64,000 nt of DNA from Ranitomeya imitator. Taxonomy: Eukaryota. The notes beneath the pieces were generated by a model. That model was given only the letters and a program-made list of their open reading frames with translations, was not told the origin of the DNA and made no database searches. Below, piece by piece: positions 25,931 to 37,802 of this stretch; position 1 is the first letter of the stretch, and the number at the start of each line of letters is the position of its first letter. Location: NCBI RefSeq assembly GCF_032444005.1, contig NC_091291.1, positions 144,150,001 to 144,214,000 of the forward strand, in the 5' to 3' direction. The position numbers and the translations under genes were made by a program.

Positions 25931-27984
25931 GAATAGTGAGTGCAGCTCTGGAGTATAATACAGGATGTAACTCAGGATCAGAAATGTAATGTATGTACAC
26001 AGTGACTGCACCAGCAGAATAGTGCGTGCAGCTCTGGAGTATAATACAGGATGTAACTCAGGATCAGTAATGTATGTACACAGTGACTGCACCAGCAGAA
26101 TAGTGAGTGCAGCTGTGGGGTATAATACAGGATGTAACTCAGGATCAGTAATGTAATGTATGTACACAGTGACTGCACCAGCAGAATAGCGAGTGCAGCT
26201 CTGGGGTATAATACAGGATGTAACTCAGGATCAGTAATGTAATGTATGTACACAGTGACTGCACCAGCAGAATAGTGAGTGCAGCTCTGGGGTATAATAC
26301 AGGAGGTAACTCAGGATCAGTAATGTAATGTGTGTACACAGCGACTGCACCAGCAGAATAGTGAGTGCAGCTCTGGAGTATAATACAGGATGTAACTCAG
26401 GATCAGTAATGTAATGTATGTACACAGTGACTGCACCAGCAGAATAGTGAGTGCAGCTGTGGGGTATAATACAGGATGTAACTCAGGATCAGTAATGTAT
26501 GTACACAGTGACTGCACCAGCAGAATAGTGAGTGCAGCGCTGGAGTATAATACAGGATGTAACTCAGGATCAGTAATGTATGTACACAGTGACTGCACCA
26601 GCAGAATAGTGCGTGCAGCTCTGGAGTATAATACAGGATGTAACTCAGGATCAGTAATGTAATGTATGTACACAGTGACTGCACCAGCAGAATAGTGAGT
26701 GCAGCTGTGGGGTATAATACAGGATGTAACTCAGGATCAGTAATGTAATGTATGTACACAGTGACTGCACCAGCAGAATAGCGAGTGCAGCTCTGGGGTA
26801 TAATACAGGATGTAACTCAGGATCAGTAATGTAATGTATGTACACAGTGACTGCACCAGCAGAATAGTGAGTGCAGCTCTGGGGTATAATACAGGAGGTA
26901 ACTCAGGATCAGTAATGTAATGTATGTACACAGCGACTGCACCAGCAGAATAGTGAGTGCAGCTCTGGGGTATAATACAGGAGGTAACTCAGGATCAGTA
27001 ATGTATGTACACAGTGACTGCACCAGCAGAATAGTGAGTGCAGCTCTGGGGTATAATACAGGAGGTAACTCAGGATCAGTAATGTAATGTATGTACACAG
27101 TGAGTGCACCAGCAGAACAGTGAGTGCAGCTCTGGAGTATAATACAGGATGTAACTCAGGATCAGTAATGTAATGTATGTACACAGTGACTGCACCAGCA
27201 GAATAGCGAGTGCAGCTCTGGGGTATAATACAGGATGTAACTCAGGATCAGTAATGTAATGTATGTACACAGTGACTGCACCAGCAGAATAGTGAGTGCA
27301 GCTCTGGGGTATAATACAGGAGGTAACTCAGGATCAGTAATGTAATGTATGTACACAGCGACTGCACCAGCAGAATAGTGAGTGCAGCTCTGGAGTATAA
27401 TACAGGATGTAACTCAGGATCAGTAATGTAATGTATGTACACAGTGACTGCACCAGCAGAATAGTGAGTGCAGCTGTGGGGTATAATACAGGATGTAACT
27501 CAGGATCAGTAATGTATGTACACAGTGACTGCACCAGCAGAATAGCGAGTGCAGCTCTGGGGTATAATACAGGATGTAACTCAGGATCAGTAATGTAATG
27601 TATGTACACAGTGACTGCACCAGCAGAATAGTGAGTGCAGCTCTGGAGTATAATACAGGATGTAACTCAGGATCAGTAATGTAATGTATGTACACAGTGA
27701 CTGCACCAGCAGAATAGTGAGTGCAGCTCTGGAGTATAATACAGGATGTATCTCAGGATCAGTAATGTATGTACACAGTGACTGCACCAGCAGAATAGTG
27801 AGTGCAGCTCTGGAGTATAATACAGGATGTAACTCAGGATCAGTAATGTATCTACACAGTGACTGCACCAGCAGAATAGTGAGTGCAGCTCTGGAGTATA
27901 ATACAGGATGTAACTCAGGATCAGTAATGTATCTACACAGTGACTGCACCAGCAGAATAGTGAGTGCAGCTCTGGGGTATAATA
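25931..27984 (+). repeat. 86-bp satellite, right arm
   Basis: Same unit and same orientation as 18731-19868. Confidence 0.97.
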
Positions 27985-28179
27985 CCAATCAGCGACGGGC
28001 ACAGTATCGACGTAGATGTCATAATGGTTGCCATGGCGACGATGATGTCATAAAGGTTGCCTCGACCAATCAGCGACGGGCACAGTCTGCCGCGAATTCT
28101 GGAATCATCATTGTCCATATACTACGGGGACATAAATATTCTAGAATACCCGTTGCGTTAGAATAGGGCCACAATCTAG
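27985..28179 (+). mobile_element. Probable Helitron 3'-terminal fragment
   Basis: Ends ...tattctagaatacccgttgcgttagaatagggccacaatCTAG|T: CTAG terminus before T, with a degenerate cccg...ggg hairpin just upstream. No 5' TC end seen. Confidence 0.55.
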
Positions 28180-28298
28180 TTATTTATATACAGCTCTGGC
28201 ACACTCCAGTTCTGTTATTGGGGTGAATAATATGTCTGCTCTATAATACCTCACCACTGAGGGGCCGCACAGACCTCCCTCTGTTATTGGGATATACA

Positions 28299-30443
28299 CA
28301 GCTCTGGCAAAAATGAAGAGACCACTGCAAAATGTTCAGTTTGTCTGATTTTTCTCTTTCTAGGTATATTTTTGAGTAAAATGTAAATTTCTCTTTTGTT
28401 CTATAAACTACTGACAACGTCTCCGAAGTTCCAAGCAATACATTTTGTATTTATTTTCTGAAAATGAGAAATGGTCAAAGTAACAAAAAACTGCATTTCT
28501 TGCAGATCTCAAATAATGCAAAAAAACAAGTTGATAATCATTTAGAAATAACAATATTAATGTTTTAGCTCAGGAAGAGTTCAGAAATCAATATTGTGTG
28601 GAATAACCATGATTGTTAATCCCAGCTTTCCTGCGTCTTGGCAGCTTTCCTCCAGTCTCTCTGCTCCTGGGTGACCTTATGCCGCTCCTGGTACAATAAT
28701 GTCAGCCGTTCTTCTTTGTCTGGTGGCTTGTGAATATCCATCTTCCATCTTGATTTCATTCCAGAGGTTTTCAGTGGGTTCAGGTCTGGAGATTGGGCGG
28801 CCATGACAGAGATTTGATGTGCTGTTCCTTCATCCACACCTTGATTGACCTAGCTGTGTGGCATGGCGCATTGACCTGCTGGAAAAACCAGTCCTCAGAG
28901 TTGGGGAACATTGCCTGAGCGGAAGGAATCAGCTGTTATTCCATGACAACCTTGTATTCGGCTTTGATGAAGCATCCGCAGATCATCACCTGGTCGTCTT
29001 AGGCTATGTTCACACCTTGCGTCGGGTCCCTGTGGGTTCTCCCGCAGCGGATTTGATAAATCTGCAGGGCAAAACAACTGCGGTTCTCCCTGCAGATTTA
29101 TCGCGGTTTGTTCCGCGTTTTCCGCTGCGGGTTTCCGCCTATACTATTGATGCTGCATATGCAGCAATATGCAGCATCAATAGTAATGTTAAAAATAATA
29201 AAAATTGGTTATACTCAACCTCTGATGTCCGGATCTCCTGGGCGCTGCACCCGGCGGTCCGGTTCCTAAGATGCTGTGGGAGAAGGACCCTTCGTGACGT
29301 CATGGTCATGTGACCGCGACGTCACCGCAGGTCCTGGTCGCACAGCAACTCTGACCGGACAGCCGCGTGCAGCGCCCAGGAGCTCCGGACATCAGAGGGT
29401 GAGTATAACCAGATTTTTTATTTTTAACCCCAAATATGGTTCCCAGGGCCTGGAGGAGAGTCTCCTCTCCTCCTCCCCGGGTACCACCCGCACATTATCC
29501 GCTTACTTCCCGCAACGTGGGCACAGCCCCATGCGGGAAGTAAGCGGTTCAATGTATTCCTATGGGTGCAGAATCGCAGCGATTCTGCACAAAGAAGTGA
29601 CATGCTGCGGGTTGTAAACCGCTGCGTTCCCGCGCGGTTTTTCCCGCAGCATGTGCACAGCGGTTTGCGGTTTCCATAGGGTTTACATGTTACTGTAAAC
29701 GCTATGGAAACTGCTGCGGACCCGCAGCATCAAAATCGCGGCGGTTCCGCGGTAAAAACCGCTAAGTGTGAATATAGCCTAATGGTTAGATGGAGACCTG
29801 GAGAGGCGGACAAGCCACAGGGCCCTGCACCCACTGTGAGATCTGGTGGAGGATCGGTGATGATCTGCAGATGCTTCATCAAGGCTGGAATTGGGCAGGT
29901 TAATCTTTGTGAAGGACGTATGAATCAGGCCGAATACAAGGTTATCCTGGAATAACAGCTGATTCCTTCTGCTCAGACAATGTTCCCCAACTCTGAGGAC
30001 TGGTTTTTCCAGCAGGACAATGCGCCATGCCACACAGCTAGGTCAATCAAGGTGTAGATGAAGGACCACCACATCAAACCCCTCTCATGGCCAAATCCAG
30101 GAGGATCCTGGGATTAACAATCATGGTTATTCCACACAATATTGATTTCTAAACTCTTCCTGAAGTAACACAGTAGTATTGTTGTTTCTAAATAATTATG
30201 AACTTGTTTTTTTGTTTGTTTTTTGCATTATTTGAGGTCTGCAAGCTGTGCATTTTTTTTTGTTATTTTGACCATTTCTCATTTTCAGAAAATAAAAACA
30301 AAATTTATTGCTTGGAAATTCGGAGAGACGTTGTCAGTAGTTTTGAGAATTAAAGAACAACTTACATTTTACTCAAAAATATAAAGAGCGAAATCAGACA
30401 AACCGGCCATTTTGCAGTGGTCTCTTAATTTTTGCCAGAGCTA
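28299..30443. mobile_element. Foldback non-autonomous Tc1-family element made of two inverted copies of the element's 3' portion
   Basis: TIR cagctctggcaaaaatgaagagaccactgcaaaatg / cattttgcagtggtctcttaatttttgccagagct. Arms 28299-28990 and 29856-30443 are reverse complements and both carry transposase C-terminal remnants (QSPDLNP on -, TVRSGGGSVMI on +). Confidence 0.85.
29001..29780. mobile_element. Harbinger-like MITE at the centre of the foldback element
   Basis: TIR aggctatgttcacac / gtgtgaatatagcct; TTA/TAA flanks; internally palindromic. Confidence 0.75.
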
Positions 30444-30463
30444 TACACACGTACACACACAGA

Positions 30464-32044
30464 CACTTGTGCTCAAAAGTTTACACACCCCGGCAGAATT
30501 TTTGCTTTTTTGGCCTTTGACTATGAATGATAACGCCAAAATTTTTTCTCCCCTGATGGTTAGTGGTTGGGTGAAGCCATTTATTGTCAGACTACTGTGT
30601 TTTCTCTTTTTAAATCATAATGATAATCTAAAACATCCAAATGACTCTGATCAAAAGTTCACATACCCTGGTGATTTTGGCCTGATCACATGCACCGATG
30701 TTGACACCAATGGGTGTGACTGGCTACTAAAGGTAACATCCTCATCTGTGACCTGTTTGCTTGTAATCAGTGTGTGCGTATAAAAGCCGAGTGAGTTTCT
30801 GGGATCCAGACAGACTCTTGCATCTTTCATCCAGCCACTGGACGTTTCTGGATTGTGAGTCATGGGGAAAGCAAAAGATTTGTCAACTGATCTATGAGAA
30901 AAGGTAGTTGAACTGTATAAAACAGGAAAGGGATACAAAAAGATATCCAGGGAATTGATAATGCCAGTTCACACTGTGATTAGCAAATAGAAAATCAGGG
31001 GCTCTGTAAAAACAAAAGCACAGTCAGGTAGACCAACATAAATGTTGTCCACAACCGCCAGGAAAATGCGAAGAAAAACCCACAAATAACATCAGCTGAA
31101 ATACCGGACTCTCTGAAAACTAGCGGTGTGGCAGTTTCAAGAAGCACAATAAGGAGGCACTAGAAGAAAAATGGGCTGCATGGTCGAGTCGCCAGAAGAA
31201 AGCCATTACTGCACAAATGCCACATAGTATCTCACCTACAATATGCAAAACAGCACAGAGAAAAGCCTCAAAACTCCTGGAACAAGGTAATTTGGAGTGA
31301 TGAGACTAAAATTAAACTTTTTGGCCTCAACCATAAGGGTTACATTTGGAGAGAGGTCATCAAGGCCTATGATTAAAGAACACCATTCCTACTGTAAAGC
31401 ATGGAGGTGGATTGCTGATGTTTTGGGGATGTGTGAGCTACAAAGGCACAGGAAACTTGGTCAGAGTTGAAGGAAAGATGAATGCTGCATGATGTCAGCA
31501 CATACTGGAGGCAAATTTACACTCATCAGCCCGGAAGCTGCGCATGAGACGTACTTGGACATTCCAATATGGCAATGATCCAAAACACAAGGCCAAGTCG
31601 ACCTGTCATTGGCTACAGCAGAACAAAGTGAAGGTTCTGGAGTGGCCATCTCTGTCTCCTGACCTCAATATCATTGATCCTCTCTGAGGAGATCTCAAGC
31701 ACTCAGTTCATGCTACAGTAGACAGCCCAGGAATTTACAGGAACTGAGAAAATAAAGATCCTCATCCACAACTACCACAAAAGCCTTCAAGCTCTCACTG
31801 ATGTTAGAGGGGGCAATACACGGCATTATGAAATGGGGGAAGTGAACTTTTGATCAGGGTCACTTGGATGTTTTGGGTTGTTATGATTTAAAAAGAGAAA
31901 ACACAGTAGTTTGACAATAAATGACTTCACCCAACCACTAACCATGAGTGGAGAGAAATGTTTTGGTGTTATCTTTTATATTCTCTGAAAAATGACCAAA
32001 AATCAAAATTTCTGCCGGGGTGTGTAAACTTTTGAGCACAACTG
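30464..32044 (+). mobile_element. Full-length but decayed Tc1-like transposon with IR/DR-type ends
   Basis: TIR cacttgtgctcaaaagtttacacaccccggcagaa / ttctgccggggtgtgtaaacttttgagcacaactg|TA; inner DR tgatcaaaagttcacatacc (~30648); transposase from ATG 30862 (MGKAKDLSTDL*...WSDETKI...NDPKH...SPDLN) with stops and frameshifts. Confidence 0.9.
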
Positions 32045-32367
32045 TATGTGCAAAATACCTGCAGTCTGACATCAGTCATGTGTTTAATTGCTGTTTTTGG
32101 CAGAAAAGTTCACACAACATGGGAATAAATTCCTGACTAGGTGTAGGCGAGTAGGCAACCAACAGAATCGGAAGCCATGACACGCACGCTGCGAATAGGG
32201 TGTTAGTGGCTCATTTAATGAAAGGGGGGTGTACTAATTTATAGCAGTACGGAATTCATAAGTGATGTCAGTCATTATGTGAAGAATCAGGTGTCTATTA
32301 TGTCCCCTATGTAAAGGAGGCCGCAGATCTTGTACCTGCTGGATTTAGCCCTGGCTCAGTGAGTAAA

Positions 32368-33250
32368 ATGGGTTGTTCCAGACATTGTACCGAAGGAGAA
32401 AGAACTATGATCAAGAAGTTGATTACAGAAAGCAAAACATGTAAAGAAATGCAGAAACTAATTGGCTGCTCAGCTAAAAAAGATTTCTAATGCTTTAAAA
32501 TGGCATAGATCATAGAATCACAAGAATGGCAGAGAAGCGTCCAGTGATCGGCTCCAGGGAGATCAGAGAAGATTTTCAGTTACCCGTCAGTCCTGCAGCC
32601 ATCAGAAGACGAAGTATCTGCAAGAAATCCTCGTGTCATTGCTGAGAAAGACGCTGCGAGAAGGTTACAGTGAACCAAAGAGCAGACGGACAAGAGAGAA
32701 GAGGCGGAATGTTCTATGGAGATGAGAGTGCGATTGTCCTCACTGGGTGTAAGGGCCGCAGACATGGCGAGACCACCCATAGACCCTGGAGTCAGCCACA
32801 GGACACTGAAGGCTGGAAACCAAGGAGGTTTGAGCAGAGCGTTCTGGGGATGTTCCTCATACTCTGGAGTTGGGTCCATTTATCACAGACCAGGCACCGT
32901 GGATCAGTTTGAATATATCACAATACTGGAAGAGGCCAAGTTGTCTTAAGCTGAAGAAGAAATGCCCTCGAAATGGACAACGACCCCAAACACAGCAACA
33001 AGCGGGCGACATTCTGGGTCCAGACCAACAAGACTGATGTTATGAAGAGGCCGCCCGATGCCCGGACCTCGGGCCCAATGCCCGGACCTCGGCCCGATGC
33101 CCGGACCTCGGCCCGATGGAGAATTTGTAGAGCGACATCAAAAATGAAAAAGACCTGTGGGACATTGTCCTGTAAATATGGGCTGAATATCTGTCTGCAG
33201 GGTCCGATGTTAGGTGACTCCTCGCTGTACAGATGTAAAGCCGTTCAGAA
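32368..33250 (+). pseudogene. Third, more decayed Tc1-family transposase remnant
   Basis: MGCSRHCTEGE...IKKLITESKTCKEMQKLIGCSAK, then WGCSSYSGVGSIY...FEYITILEE and DNDPKHS; frameshifted; termini not identified. Confidence 0.7.
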
Positions 33251-33330
33251 ACAAAGGCCATAAAACAAAATATTAGATCAGAGATTAACAGAAAAACCAT
33301 GTCTGGAATAAATCTCGGTTTATCCTGTAA

Positions 33331-33666
33331 GGGCGGGTGCACACAATCCGGAACTAGCAGAACTTTGGATGTTCGCTGCCGTCTATTGAATGCAGGTGAC
33401 TCCTCTGTGATCACTTCACCGTGTTCCGTACATTGTATTGATGCAATTTCTGTAGCACAGACTCGCGTCTCCAGAAGAGAAATTGACATGCTGCGGTCTT
33501 GAAAGACGCGCCGCATGTCCATCTCCGCGGGTGATCCGCAGGCGCACAGAGTTGCATAATGGACATGAGATTTCTAGGAATCCCAACCACTGTGCTGGAA
33601 CATCTGGATGCTGCATAAATCTGCCGCATCAGACCCACAGCAAATCCTCAACGTGGGCACGTACCC
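33331..33666. mobile_element. Harbinger/PIF-like MITE with TAA TSD
   Basis: taa|gggcgggtgcacac ... gtgggcacgtaccc|taa. Confidence 0.7.
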
Positions 33667-34793
33667 TAAAAATTCACGTCTGAAAAAGACAATGCACGGC
33701 CCTTATCTGAGCAGAGCATTATTCCTTCTTCATTTTCACTTTATAAATTGATATTTTGTTGCTCTTTTCACTTGGAGTTGAGTGTGAGGCTCCTCTGTGT
33801 ATCTGGGGATAACGTCGGGTGTGATGGCGACTTGTCTCATCGCTCGCCATCACCATAAACGTTGTCCCGTCCAATATCTATAAAACTGAATTTCCTTTCT
33901 ATGTATTCTCCATACAATGACACGCTGTAGCCTCAGGGCCGTCGCTGCTGACGGTGGCTGTGACCAATCACTGTTCCGTCCTAGATGGTAATGGTGCTGC
34001 AGGTGCCGTCCTCAGAGTGCGGTGGTCGGAGTGTTGAGCGCCCCCTGGTGGAGCGAGGTCTTGGTGGGGGCCATTGTGCGGATGGAGTCTGGGTGGCGCT
34101 CCGCCACTCCCCTGGTGCACAGGACATCCAGCGTGGATTACTTGGGTTGCGTTGAGCAATAGTCAGACCGCAGCTTGGAACATAATCCAGAGGCGGTGCA
34201 CGTCCCGCACATCCAGTGACACCAGGACATGGAGTCGTGACCGAGCGGATGGGCTCCGACAGGAGTAGCAGAGCCGAGCGTGTTTTAGTGATTTGTAGGA
34301 CAAGGATCAGGAAGAAATAACCTTCCTTTAGGATAATGAGCGGGAATCAGGACAAAACCGACCAAGGAGTAAACGCAAGGCTGAGCTAAAGCGAGCGAGA
34401 TCGAGACCAGGACTGGTCGTGTGACCCCGATGTCCCCACTCTGTACCCTAATTTGTCTGCATCAGGTGCTCGATCTGCGGCATGATCCGGATGGTCAGAA
34501 TTAGGCTGCCCCCACATGTCTTATGTTTGAGGAGTCTGGGTCCAACTCTGATAAAAGGAAGACGCCCACAGCGCACTCCGAGGAGGAGGAGGACGATGGC
34601 GCTCTGTTGTGGTCAGATACATGGAAGTTACTCTGTAACGTATTGGATCCTACAAAGCTCCACATCCACTTCTGTAAGGAGCAGGACACGATCCTGAGCG
34701 GAGGACGATTCTTGGGCAGAAGCGCAGAGACCTGAGGCGGAAGGATCCTGGATATGGAGGAAACCAGAGCTTAAATATGGTGTCTGTATGTAA

Positions 34794-35526
34794 AGGTACC
34801 GTCACACATAACGATATCTTTAATGATATCGTTGCTTTTTGTGACGTAGCAACGATATCGTTAAGGAAATCGTTGTGTGACAGCGACCAACGATCAGGCC
34901 CCTGCTGGGAGATCGTTGGTCGCTGAATAAAGTCCGGAACTTTATTTTGTCGCTGGATCTCCCGCTGACATCGCTGGATTGGCGTGTGTGACGCCGATCC
35001 AGCGATGTCTTCACTGGTAACCAGGGTAAACATCGGGTAACTAAGCGCAGGGCCGCGCTTAGTAACCTGATGTTTACCCTGGTTACCAGTGTAAACGTTA
35101 AAAAAAACAAACACTACATACTTACCTTCAGCTGTCTGTCCCCGGCGCTCTGCTTCTCTGCACTCCTCCTGCATCCTGGGTCAGCGCCAGCCAGCCGGAA
35201 AGCAGAGTGGTGACGTCACCGCTCTGCTTTACGGCTGACCGGCGCTGACAGTGCAGAGAAGCACAGCGCCGGGGACAGACAGCTGAAGGTAAGTATGTAG
35301 TGTTTGTTTTTTTAACGTTTACGCTGGTAACCAGGGTAAACATCGGGTTACTAAGCGTGGCCCTGCGCTTAGTAACCCGATGTTTACCCTGGTTACCGGG
35401 GACTTCAGGATCGTTGGTCGCTGGAGAGCGGTCTGTGTGACAGCTCTCCAGCGACCAAACAGCGACGCTGCAGCGATCGACATCGTTGTCAGTATCGCTG
35501 CAGCGTCGCTTAGTGTGAAGGTACCT
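34794..35526. mobile_element. Palindromic MITE (aggtaccgtcacac family) with TAA TSD
   Basis: taa|aggtaccgtcacac ... gtgtgaaggtacct|taa; internal hairpin ggtaaccagggtaaacatcggg...atgtttaccctggttacc. Confidence 0.85.
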
Positions 35527-35599
35527 TAAGGCACTGTAGAAAATGTGATGGCGCTGTATAGAAGACATCATCACGGTCCTATTGGGGCTCACAATCCAA

Positions 35600-35750
35600 G
35601 TTTATCGGCTTTTGGCGTGTGGGAGAAAACCGGAGGACGCCTACGCATGTACGAGGCCAACAAAGTCCTTTCAGATGTTGTCCTTGGCAGGATTTGAACA
35701 CAAGACCCCAGCACAGCAAACAGTGCTAACCATTGAGCCACCGTGCTGCC
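35600..35750 (-). mobile_element. tRNA-derived V-SINE-like element, 5' part
   Basis: Minus strand GGCAGCACGGTGGCTCAATGGTTAGCACTG...GTTCAAATCC..CCAAGGACAACATCTG...TCCTCCGGTTTTCTCCCACACGCCAAA; A-box 35730-35740, B-box 35690-35699, V-domain-like core. Confidence 0.85.
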
Positions 35751-37409
35751 TTATATACAGTACAGTGCTAACCACTGAGCCACCGTGCTGCTCTATATAT
35801 AACCAGTCAGCCACTGTGCTGCCCTATATATAGTACAGTGCTAACCACTGAGCCACTGTTACCATATACACAGTACGGTACTAACCACTGAGCCAGCATG
35901 CTGCCCTATACACAGTACAGTGCTAACCACTGAACCACTGTGCTGCCCTATGTAGAGTAGTATTATCCAGTGTGCCACTGTGCTGCCCTATGTACAGTAG
36001 TTATCCACTGAGCCACTGTACTGCCCTATGTATAGTAGTGCTAACCACTGAGCCACCGTGCTGCCCTATGTACAGTGCTAACCAGTGAGCCACCGTGCTG
36101 CCCTATGTACAGTAGTGTTATCCAGTGAGCCACTGTGCTGCCCTATGTACAGTACTAACCACTGAGCCACCGTGCTGCCCTATGTACAGTGCTAACCACT
36201 GAGCCACCGTGCTGCCCTATGTACAGTGCTAACCAGTGAGCCACCGTGCTGCCCTATGTACAGTGCTAACCACTGAGCCACCGTGCTGCCCTATGTACAG
36301 TGCTAACCACTGAACCACCGTGCTGCCCTATGTACAGTGCTAACCACTGAGCCACCATGCTGCCCTATGTACATTACAGTGCTAACCACTGAGCCACCAT
36401 GCTGCCTTATGTACATTACAGTGCTAACCACTGAGCTCCCGTGCTGCCCTATGTACAGTAGTTATCCACAGCCACTGTACTGCCCTATGTATAGTACAAT
36501 GCTAACCACTGAGCCACCGTGCTGCCCTATGTACAGTAGTATTATCCAGTGAGCCACTGTGCCGCCCTATGTACAGTACTAACCACTGAGCCACCATGCA
36601 GCCCTATTTACAGTGCTAACCACTGAACCACTGTGCTGCCCTATGTACAGTAGTATTATCCAGTGTGCCACTGTGCTGCCCTATGTACAGTAGTTATCCA
36701 CTGAGCCACTGTACTGCCCTATGTATAGTAGTGCTAGCCACTGAGCCACCGTGCTGCCCTATGTACAGTGCTAACCAGTGAGCCACCGTGCTGCCCTATG
36801 TACAGTAGTGTTATCCAGTGAGCCACCGTGCTGCCCTATGTACAGTGCTAACCACTGAACCACCGTGCTGCCCTATGTACAGTGCTAACCACTGAGCCAC
36901 CATGCTGCCTTATGTACATTACAGTGCTAACCACTGAGCTCCCGTGCTGCCCTATGTACAGTAGTTATCCACAGCCACTGTACTGCCCTATGTATAGTAC
37001 AATGCTAACCACTGAGCCACCGTGCTGCCCTATGTACAGTAGTATTATCCAGTGAGCCACTGTGCCGCCCTATGTACAGTACTAACCACTGAGCCACCAT
37101 GCAGCCCTATTTACAGTGCTAACCACTGAGCCACCGTGCTGCCCTATGTACAGTAGTTATCCACTGAGCCACTGTACTGCCCTATGTATAGTACAGTGCT
37201 AACCACTGAGCCACCGTGCTGCCATATGTACAGTAGTGTTATCCAGTGAGCCACTGTGCCGCCCTATGTACAGTACTAACCACTGAGCCACCATGCTGCC
37301 ATATGTACAGTAGTTATCCAGTGAGCCACTGTGCTGCCCTATATACAGTACTAACCACTGAGCCGCCATGCTGCTCTATGTACAGTACAGTACTAACCAC
37401 TGAGCCACC
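35751..37409 (-). repeat. ~37-bp minisatellite derived from the SINE 5' end, ~45 copies
   Basis: Minus-strand unit ATAGGGCAGCACGGTGGCTCAGTGGTTAGCACTGTAC equals SINE nt ~1-31 plus flank. Confidence 0.93.
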
Positions 37410-37802
37410 GACCATCTGTATAAGGAAATTGGTATAACAGGCCTGCTGCGCGGGACGATCAGTAGACACCAGGATCGGGATGAGGAGGCTGCAGAGCATC
37501 GCTCTCTGAGAGCCGGAGCTGAATATGGTGGACGAGGAGATCACGGCCCAGATCTCCCCTGAAGATACGCAGGAGGACTCGCCGGATCACCAGGGAGATC
37601 CTTGCCATGGCTGCCCTGACCCTTCTGTATGACTTTGGGTGGCCGGTATAATACTAGGCGGCCTTGGCTGTGGGGTCTGGGTGAGCGACGTCCCCCCTGT
37701 GAGCTGCACCGGCGACATATTGGTATATAACCTGACTGCCGCCTTCCCCTCCCCCAAACCCATCACATTACCTGGTTTAACGTCTCCACCTTCCCATTTT
37801 AG

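Noticed and set aside
18731-27984. 86-bp repeats as a CRISPR-like array or ribozyme-bearing satellite
   Set aside because: Monomers abut with no unique spacers, the context is eukaryotic, and there is no CUGANGA/GAAA hammerhead core on either strand.
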